Assembly: GCA_903847095.1 (NCBI GenBank)
Contig: CAINCQ010000041.1
Coordinates: 72,292-136,291 of the forward strand
DNA: 64,000 bases
Source of the DNA: an uncultured bacterium
GTDB lineage: Bacteria; Patescibacteriota; Minisyncoccia; Minisyncoccales; UBA5738
Direction of reading: 5' to 3'
Below the pieces are notes generated by a model. That model searched no databases and had not been told where the DNA came from. It worked only from the letters and a program-made list of their open reading frames with translations. How positions within the stretch are numbered: position 1 is the first letter of the stretch; every line of letters starts with the position of its first letter. Below are positions 37,375 to 46,298 of the stretch, piece by piece. The position numbers and the translations under genes are program-made.

Positions 37375-37722
37375 CTACAATACTTGAAACGAACGGGCTT
37401 CATTTACGAGGGTTTCGCTCGGCACGCTCCGTTTCAGCCGTTCCGCGATGGACCGCTGGCTGAACGTAAAATCGGCGGTTTTGACCAAGATGTCGAAATC
37501 TTTTTCAAACTTCACAGCCTCGGCCATAAGGGCTAAAGTCCGCTCAATCAAAGCATTACGCGCGATTTTCTTTACCTCGATTTTTGTCGATCCGATTTCC
37601 TCCGGAATTATTCGATATTGGTCAAGAACGATGATCAGTTTGGCGCTGGCTCCCGGAAGTTGTTTCCTGGCTTCCGGAAGAATCGCAAGCGCTGTTATGA
37701 TGGCCCCTGTCTTTTCACACAT
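37375..37722 (-). CDS. Hypothetical protein
   Basis: GAGGT Shine-Dalgarno, follows the 37740-38309 ORF. Confidence 0.55.
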   Translation of the reverse strand: MCEKTGAIITALAILPEARKQLPGASAKLIIVLDQYRIIPEEIGSTKIEVKKIARNALIERTLALMAEAVKFEKDFDILVKTADFTFSQRSIAERLKRSVPSETLVNEARSFQVL

Positions 37723-37739
37723 AAAATACCTCTAAAGTA

Positions 37740-38309
37740 CTACGCCTTACTTAGCACGCCACGTTTTTTTTGCCAAAAAATCGCCTGTTGATAATATAAT
37801 TGATCAAAAAAAATAAATGCGCCCTCGATTGAGAGCGCTTGTCTGATGCACATTACGGAATCTTTTATCAGTCCGGCTTGAGGCCGGGAAATCTTTTTTT
37901 TCCGATCCGACATCTCAAACGAGATTGCCAGCAAAATACTCCGAATTTCGTTATCCCTTTCGCAGTTATCAGCCGTTCCGTATCGGACCGCTTCCATGAA
38001 AAAATCCAGGGCTAAAAACTCTTCATGCAGCGGGTAACAGTCGCGATACCACATCACGAATTTTTCATACAGCCACTCGAGAGTAGCTTTTTTGTTTCTC
38101 TCGAACTGGAGATATTCGTGTCCTACTATGGTGCTTGGATCAAGTTCACCGTTTTCGACAGCAAGCATGATGCAAAGGGCGGCATTCATGGCGTTTTTTA
38201 CAACGCCATCAATATTTTCGCCTTGCCGGATCATGAGACCAAGAAGACGATATCCTTCCTCCATTATTTTCACGCCTGCTATCCCTTCGTCCATATTCAT
38301 TCCATTCAT
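37740..38309 (-). CDS. Hypothetical helical protein
   Basis: AAGGTGA Shine-Dalgarno, own TTGACA/TATACT promoter. Confidence 0.65.
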   Translation of the reverse strand: MNGMNMDEGIAGVKIMEEGYRLLGLMIRQGENIDGVVKNAMNAALCIMLAVENGELDPSTIVGHEYLQFERNKKATLEWLYEKFVMWYRDCYPLHEEFLALDFFMEAVRYGTADNCERDNEIRSILLAISFEMSDRKKKISRPQAGLIKDSVMCIRQALSIEGAFIFFDQLYYQQAIFWQKKRGVLSKA

Positions 38310-38490
38310 TTCCGTCTCACCTTAAAAATAGTATAACATGCTATATCAAATATGTCAAGGAAACTAGCCGGTAAAAAATCCGCCAATGTAAAAGACCCAG
38401 GTTAAGGTCTTTGTGCTGATATTGGCAGAAGCCTTGAAAATAGGATAAATCAAACAAAAAACCGGCTTGGATCAGGCCGGTCAAGATGTT

Positions 38491-38955
38491 TTAGGTATAA
38501 TTCATTCTTAATTTTTTGGCATAGGTATTTCCCATAATAAGCAACGTCATTGTCGCGGTAAAAACTAGGCTGAGCTGCGAATCGGTTAAATGCAGATAGC
38601 TGTGAAGATAGTACGAATACGGAAAACCGAGAGCAATGATGATAAAGGTGAAATCGAACGGATCGTGGCCAGATACCTGGCGCGCCTTTAATCCGTTAAC
38701 CGTTTGCGTTTTTTTGAATTCCGCCAGCTCCCTGATTTCGATTTCGACTCCCCTCTTGTATAAAAAGTAGTAGCCAAAAACCAGTACAAAACCCATTCCG
38801 AGCGGAATACCAAGAAGAGCCAGGCAGATGCAAAAAAACGTCAGCGGTCCGGCCATTCCGACCCAGCTGGGTTTGGTGTCGCGCTTTTCCGCATAAAATC
38901 TTAGCTTTCCTTTTTTACTACCGTCGTCTATGAGCAGCTTAATGCTCGTTTCCAT
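38491..38955 (-). CDS. Hypothetical membrane protein
   Basis: GGAGG Shine-Dalgarno, about 4 TM. Confidence 0.65.
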   Translation of the reverse strand: METSIKLLIDDGSKKGKLRFYAEKRDTKPSWVGMAGPLTFFCICLALLGIPLGMGFVLVFGYYFLYKRGVEIEIRELAEFKKTQTVNGLKARQVSGHDPFDFTFIIIALGFPYSYYLHSYLHLTDSQLSLVFTATMTLLIMGNTYAKKLRMNYT

Positions 38956-39054
38956 CGCCTCCGGAGCTTTTTATTGCAATTGTCAATGAGCGAAACACTA
39001 GGCAATTAATACTATCTTTTTTTAAAATCGTCAATTAAAAAAGGATCGATGTCA

Positions 39055-39138
39055 TCAATCCTCATGTTTATTTCTTGTAGCGAATAAATGAGCGAGCACA
39101 AGAGCCGCTGCTATGCACGCCAAATAGAATGCCGGAAT
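39055..39138 (-). CDS. Possible 27-aa hydrophobic peptide with ATT start (absent from ORF track)
   Basis: TTGACA upstream, GAGGTG 5 nt before ATT, IPAFYLACIAAALVLAHLFATRNKHED, hairpin plus T-run at the stop. Confidence 0.35.
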   Translation of the reverse strand: MPAFYLACIAAALVLAHLFATRNKHED

Positions 39139-39213
39139 CGAATCACCTCGTTTCTATCTTTTTAAACCATCGAAAATATTTGTCAAGAATCAAAAAGGAC
39201 CAAATTCTGGTCC

Positions 39214-39669
39214 TTACTGTTTCTTTTCGGCCAGAGTTGCTTTAATCACCCGGCAGACTTTTTGCGATTCTTCTCCGGATAAGCGTCCATCCGGATATAT
39301 TTCCCGTATTTTTGAGGCCAATCGGCGCAAATACGGGAAAACATTGGATTGGATAAATTTCGAGTTAGGCTTGATATCCTGATCAAGAAACTCGTCCATG
39401 GCGTACCTCATGTGTCCGCTCAGCCAGTCGGCCAAGCCAAGATTTAAAAATGGCAGGTACTGGGCCACGAATTCCTCGTTATTGGCCCACCGTCCTTCTG
39501 AAATATTCTGAAGGTCCTCCAGTTTTAGTTGGCCGGAATTAAGGGCATAGCGGTATAAAATATCATATCGTATCACTTTTATGACGCCTTCAGACAGGTC
39601 TATTTTCTGGCCATTCCGGACCGCTTCGCGAATTTGGTTTGCCTGGTCTTTGGTCACGTATTCCTTCAT
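39214..39669 (-). CDS. Hypothetical protein
   Basis: ATGA overlap with the upstream ORF, GGAGG Shine-Dalgarno. Confidence 0.65.
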   Translation of the reverse strand: MKEYVTKDQANQIREAVRNGQKIDLSEGVIKVIRYDILYRYALNSGQLKLEDLQNISEGRWANNEEFVAQYLPFLNLGLADWLSGHMRYAMDEFLDQDIKPNSKFIQSNVFPYLRRLASKIREIYPDGRLSGEESQKVCRVIKATLAEKKQ

Positions 39670-39950
39670 GATTTAACCTCCGCTGCCAATAAATAATCTT
39701 CGGGCAGAGGATTACTGGCTTTCGCGTTCGCGTTATCGACATCGTATTCGATGCGTTTTCCGTTCCAGAGGACCCTTCTTATGACAATATCGAAGACGAA
39801 AGTGCTGAATTCTTGCCGGATGGTTAATCTTTGCCTTGGTTTAAATATCGGGCGTGGCCTCTTTTTCTCGCATTGAGCTTGACATGCCAGCGCGGCTGCT
39901 TCGGTATCGTGGTCAAATCCACAGGTGCCGCAAAAATGTAGCGTAAACAT
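39666..39950 (-). CDS. Small protein with N-terminal CxxC...C zinc-finger-like motif
   Basis: FCGTCGFDHDTEAAALAC; AAAGGAGG Shine-Dalgarno. Confidence 0.65.
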   Translation of the reverse strand: MFTLHFCGTCGFDHDTEAAALACQAQCEKKRPRPIFKPRQRLTIRQEFSTFVFDIVIRRVLWNGKRIEYDVDNANAKASNPLPEDYLLAAEVKS

Positions 39951-40092
39951 TTTGCCTTATCCTCCTTTGAAATTTGCTGACCATATAATAACATAAATAA
40001 TTTTATTGTAAAGGATGGACCCGCCCGATAACACAAGCAATTTCTGCTTGTCGGGATGTTGCCTAATCCAGAATAGTTGTTATAATGATCAG

Positions 40093-41172
40093 ATGCCCGG
40101 CAAAAATTACAAGATATCTATGAGCCTGGATCCTGGTTTAAGAAAACAGATCAACGAGCTTCCGGATCGTTTCGGGGTTTACATTCTTAAAGATGCCAAG
40201 GAAAATATCCTGTATGTCGGAAAGGCCAACAATTTGAAAAAACGGGTAATGTCCCATTTTCAGCGTCCGGAACAGCACGCTTGGGATTTTATGCCGCAAG
40301 TTTTTTGTATCGATTTTATCGAAACGGCGAACGAAAATGAAGCGCTATTGGTCGAATCACAGCTGATCAAAAAATACCAGCCAAAATTCAACGTCATTTG
40401 GAAGGATGATAAGGCCTACTTTTACGTGGTAGCAAGCAAGGAAAAATTCCCCCGGGTATTTATTACCCATCAACCCAAGGATCTTGAATGGGACTACCAA
40501 GCCGGGCCGTTCATGAGAGGCGCGGAATTGAAAACATTAATAAAGGATATCCGTAAATTATTTCCTTATCGAAGTTGCGTTAATTTGGCAAAAAAACCCT
40601 GTCTTTACGAAAGCTTGGGCTTATGTCCCGCTCCGTGCGTGAACAGGCGCGCCAACGTAAAATACCGCTATTCCCTCGATACACTATTTAGCATCCTTTC
40701 TCTTTACCGGGGCGCGCCTTTAAGGATCGAAGGGTATGACATTTCCAACATTTCCGGTACGTTGGCGGTTGGCTCCATGGTCGTGTTCGAGGGAGCGAAA
40801 AGAAAGACCGGCGATTATCGCAAGTTCAAGATCAAAACTATTGAAGGTCAAAACGATGTGGCGTCGCTTAAAGAAGTATTATCGCGGCGCCAGAAACACC
40901 CGGAATGGCTTCAAGCCGACCTAATACTCTTGGACGGTGGAAAAGGCCAGCTGAAGGCCGCCAAAGGCCTTAAATCGCCTGTTATCGCTCTAGCCAAGAT
41001 CAAGCGGTCCTCGGGAAAAGTTTTTTCGCCATTTTCAAAAAGTTATGTTTTGCTCGACAAGCTGCCCAGGGATTTGCGGGACATCTTTTTGCGGGTCCGC
41101 GACGAAGCCCACCGTTTTGCGATCACTTACCACAAACAAAGAAGGAAGAAAATATTTTCCGAAAAAAAATAA
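40093..41172 (+). CDS. uvrC: Excinuclease ABC subunit C (compact form)
   Basis: GIY-YIG (GVYIL..YVGKA.NL.KRV), RNase H-like RIEGYDISN, DGGKGQL, RDEAHRFAITYH; likely leaderless start after TATAAT 40081. Confidence 0.92.
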   Translation: MPGKNYKISMSLDPGLRKQINELPDRFGVYILKDAKENILYVGKANNLKKRVMSHFQRPEQHAWDFMPQVFCIDFIETANENEALLVESQLIKKYQPKFNVIWKDDKAYFYVVASKEKFPRVFITHQPKDLEWDYQAGPFMRGAELKTLIKDIRKLFPYRSCVNLAKKPCLYESLGLCPAPCVNRRANVKYRYSLDTLFSILSLYRGAPLRIEGYDISNISGTLAVGSMVVFEGAKRKTGDYRKFKIKTIEGQNDVASLKEVLSRRQKHPEWLQADLILLDGGKGQLKAAKGLKSPVIALAKIKRSSGKVFSPFSKSYVLLDKLPRDLRDIFLRVRDEAHRFAITYHKQRRKKIFSEKK

Positions 41173-41189
41173 AAGCCTTGAAAGAGGCT

Positions 41190-41486
41190 TTATTCCGGAA
41201 TCGTATAAAAGATTTCACCACACTTCGCGGCAGGGTCGAACGCCGCTCCCAGAAACCACAGGAAGCTGAACGTTAGAACTAAAGGATACGGATCGCCACC
41301 GGAAATCCTGCTTATCGCCAGCGCGAAACCCCAGATCGCTATCCCCGAAGCGGCAAATCCGGCAATTACAACCAGAACGTAAGTTGATAGCCGGGCCGGC
41401 GAACGCCTGCGCGCTTCATAAAACGCAATCGTCGACACAAAACTCAGCAATATATAAGCCGCCCACACGCTAATTTGAAAGATCAT
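41190..41486 (-). CDS. Small membrane protein
   Basis: GGAGG Shine-Dalgarno, own promoter, 3 TM, inserted antisense between uvrC and uvrB. Confidence 0.6.
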   Translation of the reverse strand: MIFQISVWAAYILLSFVSTIAFYEARRRSPARLSTYVLVVIAGFAASGIAIWGFALAISRISGGDPYPLVLTFSFLWFLGAAFDPAAKCGEIFYTIPE

Positions 41487-41565
41487 TTTTTAAAACCTCC
41501 GGCGTACGTATTTGTTAATATTGTACCAAAAAAATAAATTTTGTCAATTAATCACCCTTAAAAAC

Positions 41566-43527
41566 ATGGAAAAAAACTTCAAGGTCGTTTCAAAATTCGA
41601 GCCGCAGGGCGACCAGCCGCAGGCAATCGATAAACTGGTCGCGGGCGTAAAAAAAGGTGTGGAATTCCAAACCCTGCTTGGCGTGACCGGTTCGGGCAAA
41701 ACATTTACCATGGCAAAGCTGGTGGAAGCGGTCCAACGCCCAACCCTGGTGATTTCTCCGAATAAAACCCTGGCCGCCCAGCTGTACGAGGAATTCAAAA
41801 ACTTTTTTCCCGAAAACGCGGTTTCCTATTTTGTTTCTTTTTACGACTATTATCAGCCGGAAGCTTATATCCCCCAAACCGATACTTACATCGAAAAGGA
41901 TTCCAAAATCAATGAGGAGATAGACCGAATGCGGCATGAAACGGTCCAGCATTTGATCACCCGCCGCGATTCGCTGGTCGTAGCCTCGGTTTCCTGTATT
42001 TACAATCTGGGTTCGCCCGAAACTTACAAAAAATACGCGTTGCAACTGGCGCGCGGCCAAAACATGACCGAACACGACCTTTTCGGGCATTTATTGGATT
42101 TGCAATACGAACGAAACGACTACGAACTTTGGCGCGGAAAATTCCGGAAGCGGATGAATTATTGTGACGTCTGGCTATCCGGTGAAGACCGGATCATCAG
42201 GATCGAGATCGAAGGAAGCCGCATCAAGAGTTTGGCTGAAGGGTCGGTTCCCTTCGGCGACTTTAAAAGCGTAGCAAAGGCCGAAATCTGGCCGGCAAAA
42301 TTCTGGCTGTCGGACAAGGAGAAACTGAATATCGCTTTATCGAACATCAGCCTGGAAATGCAAAAAACGCACGAAGATCTAAAGAAAGAAGGCAAAATCA
42401 TCGAGGCCGAGCGCATCAAGCGCCGGACCGAATACGATATTTCCATGATGCGGGAAACCGGATATTGCCATGGTATCGAAAACTATTCCCGCCACATCGA
42501 TTTCCGCCAGCCGGATAGCGCCCCTTATACTCTGCTTGATTATTTTCCCGACGATTATGTGGTCTTGGTTGACGAGTCGCATATTACAATACCGCAGATT
42601 CGTGGCATGCAGGTCGGAGACCGCGCCCGAAAAAAAACACTGATCGATTACGGTTTCCGCTTACCTTCGGCCTACGATAACCGGCCCTTGAAATACGAGG
42701 AATTTTTGTCAAAGCTAAACCAGGCCGTTTTTGTGTCCGCTACGCCGGGCGAGTATGAAAAAGGAGTTTCCAAAACCATCGCCGACCAAATCGTGCGCCC
42801 AACGTTTCTTTTGGACCCGCAAATCGAAATCCGTCCGACCGTTGGTCAGATCGATGATTTTCTTCGCGAAATAGTCATCCGAAAAGCGAAAAACCAGCGG
42901 GTACTCGCCTTAACCATCACCAAAAGGCTTTCGGAAGCTTTAGCCGATCATTTAAAGCAAAAAAAAATCAAGGCCGAATATCTTCATTCCGAGATCAAAA
43001 CCCTGGCGCGCCCCAAAATCCTCGCTGATTTGCGAAAAGGCGTCTACGATGTGCTAGTGGGTATTAATTTGCTGCGCGAAGGCCTCGATCTGCCGGAAGT
43101 ATCCCTGATCGCGATCTTTGACGCCGACAAGGAGGGCTTTTTGCGCGACGAAACTTCCTTGGTACAGATAATCGGCCGTACTTCGCGCCATCCGGAAGGC
43201 AGGATCATCATGTACGCCGACCGAATGACAAAATCAATGATCAGGGCTATCGAGGAAACCAACCGGCGGCGCCAAATTCAAAAAGATTATAATACTGCGC
43301 ATAACGTAGAGCCGACCAAGATCGTTAAGGATATTTACGATTCACTGTCTGCCAAGGACAAACAAATAGAAAAAATTCCTACCGAAGAATTTCTTAAAGA
43401 TTATTTAAAACAGCTTAAATCGCAACTCGACTTGGCCCGGCGCAATCTGCAGTTCGAAAAAGCGGCCACGATCAAGCAAAAGATCGGTGAGATATCCGAT
43501 AAAGTTAAAAACGAAAAATTTACTTAA
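41566..43527 (+). CDS. uvrB: Excinuclease ABC subunit B
   Basis: GDQPQAI, GVTGSGKT, YDYYQPEAY, DESH, GINLLREGLDLPEV, C-terminal UVR domain. Confidence 0.98.
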   Translation: MEKNFKVVSKFEPQGDQPQAIDKLVAGVKKGVEFQTLLGVTGSGKTFTMAKLVEAVQRPTLVISPNKTLAAQLYEEFKNFFPENAVSYFVSFYDYYQPEAYIPQTDTYIEKDSKINEEIDRMRHETVQHLITRRDSLVVASVSCIYNLGSPETYKKYALQLARGQNMTEHDLFGHLLDLQYERNDYELWRGKFRKRMNYCDVWLSGEDRIIRIEIEGSRIKSLAEGSVPFGDFKSVAKAEIWPAKFWLSDKEKLNIALSNISLEMQKTHEDLKKEGKIIEAERIKRRTEYDISMMRETGYCHGIENYSRHIDFRQPDSAPYTLLDYFPDDYVVLVDESHITIPQIRGMQVGDRARKKTLIDYGFRLPSAYDNRPLKYEEFLSKLNQAVFVSATPGEYEKGVSKTIADQIVRPTFLLDPQIEIRPTVGQIDDFLREIVIRKAKNQRVLALTITKRLSEALADHLKQKKIKAEYLHSEIKTLARPKILADLRKGVYDVLVGINLLREGLDLPEVSLIAIFDADKEGFLRDETSLVQIIGRTSRHPEGRIIMYADRMTKSMIRAIEETNRRRQIQKDYNTAHNVEPTKIVKDIYDSLSAKDKQIEKIPTEEFLKDYLKQLKSQLDLARRNLQFEKAATIKQKIGEISDKVKNEKFT

Positions 43528-44479
43528 TGAATATCTCGCAGATAAGAAACGCAATGTAAACAGACAATAAAAGAATCGCTTCTTTTTTGGTAACTTTCCG
43601 GCCGGTCCGGATGAAGACAAAAAACAAGATAGAAGCGGCGATCAAAAAATAGCGCGCTGTCGCGAAGAGAGAAACATCGGCTATGGTTATCGGAGACACG
43701 ATTACCACTAAACCCAGGACCAAAGTGGCGGGCATGATGACGGCACCCATCAGGTCGCCCAAGATCATCCTCGTTTCCCCTCTCCGCGCGGAGGCGATGG
43801 AAAAATAAAGCTCGGGGAATGAATTGCCAAGTCCCACGATCAAAACTCCGACCATGGCTAACGGTAAGTTGTATTCGACAGAGAATCTGCTGGCCGCCAA
43901 AATGATTCCCTGGGCCATGAGTATAAGAAGGACCGTGCCAGCCAAAATTTTTCCAATATCCCTCATAAACAAAGGAAGGCGTTTGGCAAGAGGAACCTGG
44001 TAGTTATTGTAGACTTTTTTAAAACGTTCCTGCTTGGAAAAAAGCCAATAAACATAAGAAAAGAAAAGTCCAAGCAGTAAGACTCCATCGAAACGCGACA
44101 GTCTTCCGTCCATGAAAAGCAGGAGCGGCAAAAGTGCGGATATCACGGTGAAAAGCGAGCTGGTCTGGAAGGTCGCCCCCCGGGCCGGAATCCCATCGCG
44201 CGCGAAAAGCGCGGCCAGCGCGATCACCAATGTCATGTCCACCACGTTGCCGCCCACAACGTCTCCGAAGGAAAGTTCGGGCATTTTATTCGCCAAGGCG
44301 AAAATCGCCAAAAAAAAGTTGGGCAAGGTTCCGGCGAAAGCCATAAGCACGAACGCCACGACGAATTCTTTCCATCCGAGGAATTTGGCGACACGCTCCA
44401 ATCCTTCAATGATCCATTGACCGGCAAAATATATTACAACACAGGTAATGATAAAAAAAAGAATATAGGTAAAAAGCAT
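43520..44479 (-). CDS. Sodium/calcium exchanger family (CaCA, YrbG-like) antiporter
   Basis: Alpha repeats GTLPN...GDVVGGN and GNSFPE...GDLMGA. Confidence 0.88.
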   Translation of the reverse strand: MLFTYILFFIITCVVIYFAGQWIIEGLERVAKFLGWKEFVVAFVLMAFAGTLPNFFLAIFALANKMPELSFGDVVGGNVVDMTLVIALAALFARDGIPARGATFQTSSLFTVISALLPLLLFMDGRLSRFDGVLLLGLFFSYVYWLFSKQERFKKVYNNYQVPLAKRLPLFMRDIGKILAGTVLLILMAQGIILAASRFSVEYNLPLAMVGVLIVGLGNSFPELYFSIASARRGETRMILGDLMGAVIMPATLVLGLVVIVSPITIADVSLFATARYFLIAASILFFVFIRTGRKVTKKEAILLLSVYIAFLICEIFIK

Positions 44480-44524
44480 ACTGGTGAAAACTCATAACTT
44501 TATTTCATCCGATAAACTTGCATC

Positions 44525-45643
44525 TTATCTGAAAGAATAGGCCAATTCGTAAATTATACCCCCGATAAAAAATATTAGTAAGGGATAAGCGATGAATTTC
44601 CGATCCGGCCAAATTTTTTCATACATCAAAACAATCATTATTCCATCGATACTTAAGAGTATTCCGCCCACAAAGGAGAAGATGGCAATAAAATCCTTGA
44701 TTCCGGCCAGATAGAGCGTAAGCGGAGTAAGAACCGTAACCACCCAAGCCACGCGCTTATCCAGCTTCAAATCGTAAGCCAGGATTTTTTTTAAAGTGAG
44801 ACCAATAATAATGAACGAGGTAAAGCTGGTAATGAATCCGAATAAAAAACAAAGCGCCAGTAAATTACCGCCAAAAAGTGCCCTAAGGCCCATCAATGCC
44901 GATTCGGTCGTGGCTTGGCCGGTGAGGCCAAGGATCATCACGGTAAAGACGGAATAAGCGAAAAGAGATATTGCCGAAGACCAAAAAATAACTGGTTTGA
45001 GAAATTTTTTTCGCTTTTCCCGACCCAGCATTTCTTCAACCTCGGGAATCGATGACGAAGCCCATAAAGCAAAAAGCACGGCCCCGTAAGGCAGAAAAAA
45101 ATCCTTGGGATTCCCTGAATTCGCCGACAGATTGCTTAATTGGAAAAATGGCAGGCCAACGATCGTAATGGCGCCCAAGATCAAAAAAAAGGCGATCAGT
45201 CCCCATAATTCTATTTTTGAAACCAAGTTTATCCCGAAATAGATCAGGATTGATCCGGCTAAAAAATAAACAACGCTAAAAACGCTATCAGGCGCATTCA
45301 CCCAGGGAGAAAGAAAACTTTGCAGGAATTGGCCGCCAATCACCATGAAGGCGATCATCGATGCCAAAAATCCGACAATCGTGCAAACAAGCGCTATTCT
45401 CTCGCCCCACGCGCCCAAATGCACCTTGGCAAATCCGGGAAACCTTTTATAATCGGGTGTTGCCAGCGAGACTTCGGCAAACATCAAATGCACGGCGACC
45501 GCCACGGTACCCAATACCAGGAAATAGGCTGCCATGACCCAAATCCCGACTCGTGAAGCGATATAGGGCAACGCGAAAATTCCGATACCGATGGTGGTAT
45601 TGCAAAGGGTTGCTAACGAGTATATCGGAAATTTTTCTTTCAT
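44525..45643 (-). CDS. Aromatic amino acid permease (HAAAP/APC family)
   Basis: TTIGIGIFALPY, PYGAVLFA, TSF motifs; about 11 TM. Confidence 0.85.
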   Translation of the reverse strand: MKEKFPIYSLATLCNTTIGIGIFALPYIASRVGIWVMAAYFLVLGTVAVAVHLMFAEVSLATPDYKRFPGFAKVHLGAWGERIALVCTIVGFLASMIAFMVIGGQFLQSFLSPWVNAPDSVFSVVYFLAGSILIYFGINLVSKIELWGLIAFFLILGAITIVGLPFFQLSNLSANSGNPKDFFLPYGAVLFALWASSSIPEVEEMLGREKRKKFLKPVIFWSSAISLFAYSVFTVMILGLTGQATTESALMGLRALFGGNLLALCFLFGFITSFTSFIIIGLTLKKILAYDLKLDKRVAWVVTVLTPLTLYLAGIKDFIAIFSFVGGILLSIDGIMIVLMYEKIWPDRKFIAYPLLIFFIGGIIYELAYSFR

Positions 45644-45644
45644 T

Positions 45645-46070
45645 TTATCCGACGTATATTGGTTTTGATTCCCATCCGACATAGCTGTGTTCCAGCTCTA
45701 TGATGTATTTTTCTATAGTCGTGTCCGGATAGGCGGATAAAATGATCGTTTTCGCCTGCTCCAGGATATTTTTGTAATGCTCGATTTCCGTCTCTTTATC
45801 CTTGAAACTCTCCGAACCGCCATAGGCTCCGCAATCCATATGCATTGTGAGGATGATACCCTGACAGTTATGCAATTTTTTTGAAATCTCTATCTGGTTC
45901 AAAAAATATGCGCGCGTCGGCTCTTCTATCAAACCTTTCAACGATCCGGCCGTAATGCAAAGGTCGCAGCCGTCGTGGCGTTCCAAAAAATGATTTTCCA
46001 GCTGCGGATGAAGACGCCAATCAAGACAGTCGAACAAAAGCCAGATTTTTTTATTGGGATCCGATGACAT
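45645..46070 (-). CDS. Beta-class carbonic anhydrase-like protein
   Basis: C-x-D-x-R (CLDWR) and H-x-x-C (HMDCGAYGG) zinc motifs; start moved to 46070 because the longer ORF overlaps the tRNA. Confidence 0.8.
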   Translation of the reverse strand: MSSDPNKKIWLLFDCLDWRLHPQLENHFLERHDGCDLCITAGSLKGLIEEPTRAYFLNQIEISKKLHNCQGIILTMHMDCGAYGGSESFKDKETEIEHYKNILEQAKTIILSAYPDTTIEKYIIELEHSYVGWESKPIYVG

Positions 46071-46102
46071 GGTTATTAAATTATTTTGTTGCTTATTTTC
46101 TG

Positions 46103-46174
46103 TGGACGATACTGGGTTCGAACCAGTGGCCTTTCCGATGTGAACGGAACGCTCTACCACTGAGCTAATCGTCC
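46103..46174 (-). tRNA. tRNA-Val(CAC), CCA not encoded
   Basis: GGACGAT/ATCGTCC acceptor stem, TAGCTCAGTGGTAGAGC D-arm, TTCCG-TTCACAT-CGGAA anticodon arm, GGTTCGAACCC. Confidence 0.95.
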
Positions 46175-46252
46175 ATGCCTAATAACGGCTTGCGCCGGAT
46201 TGCTTATTGTATCATTTTAAAAAAATATTTAAAGATGGAAGGTGGCGTTACC

Positions 46253-46280
46253 CAAAAGGAGGGCGTGCGCCCTCCTTTTG
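46253..46280. terminator. Terminator hairpin after the surface-protein genes
   Basis: CAAAAGGAGGGCG-tg-CGCCCTCCTTTTG. Confidence 0.7.
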
Positions 46281-46298
46281 GTTTGTAAGCCGGCTGGT

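Noticed and set aside
46071..46160. N-terminal extension of ORF 45645..46160
   Set aside because: It is a translation of tRNA-Val; the likely start is ATG 46070.
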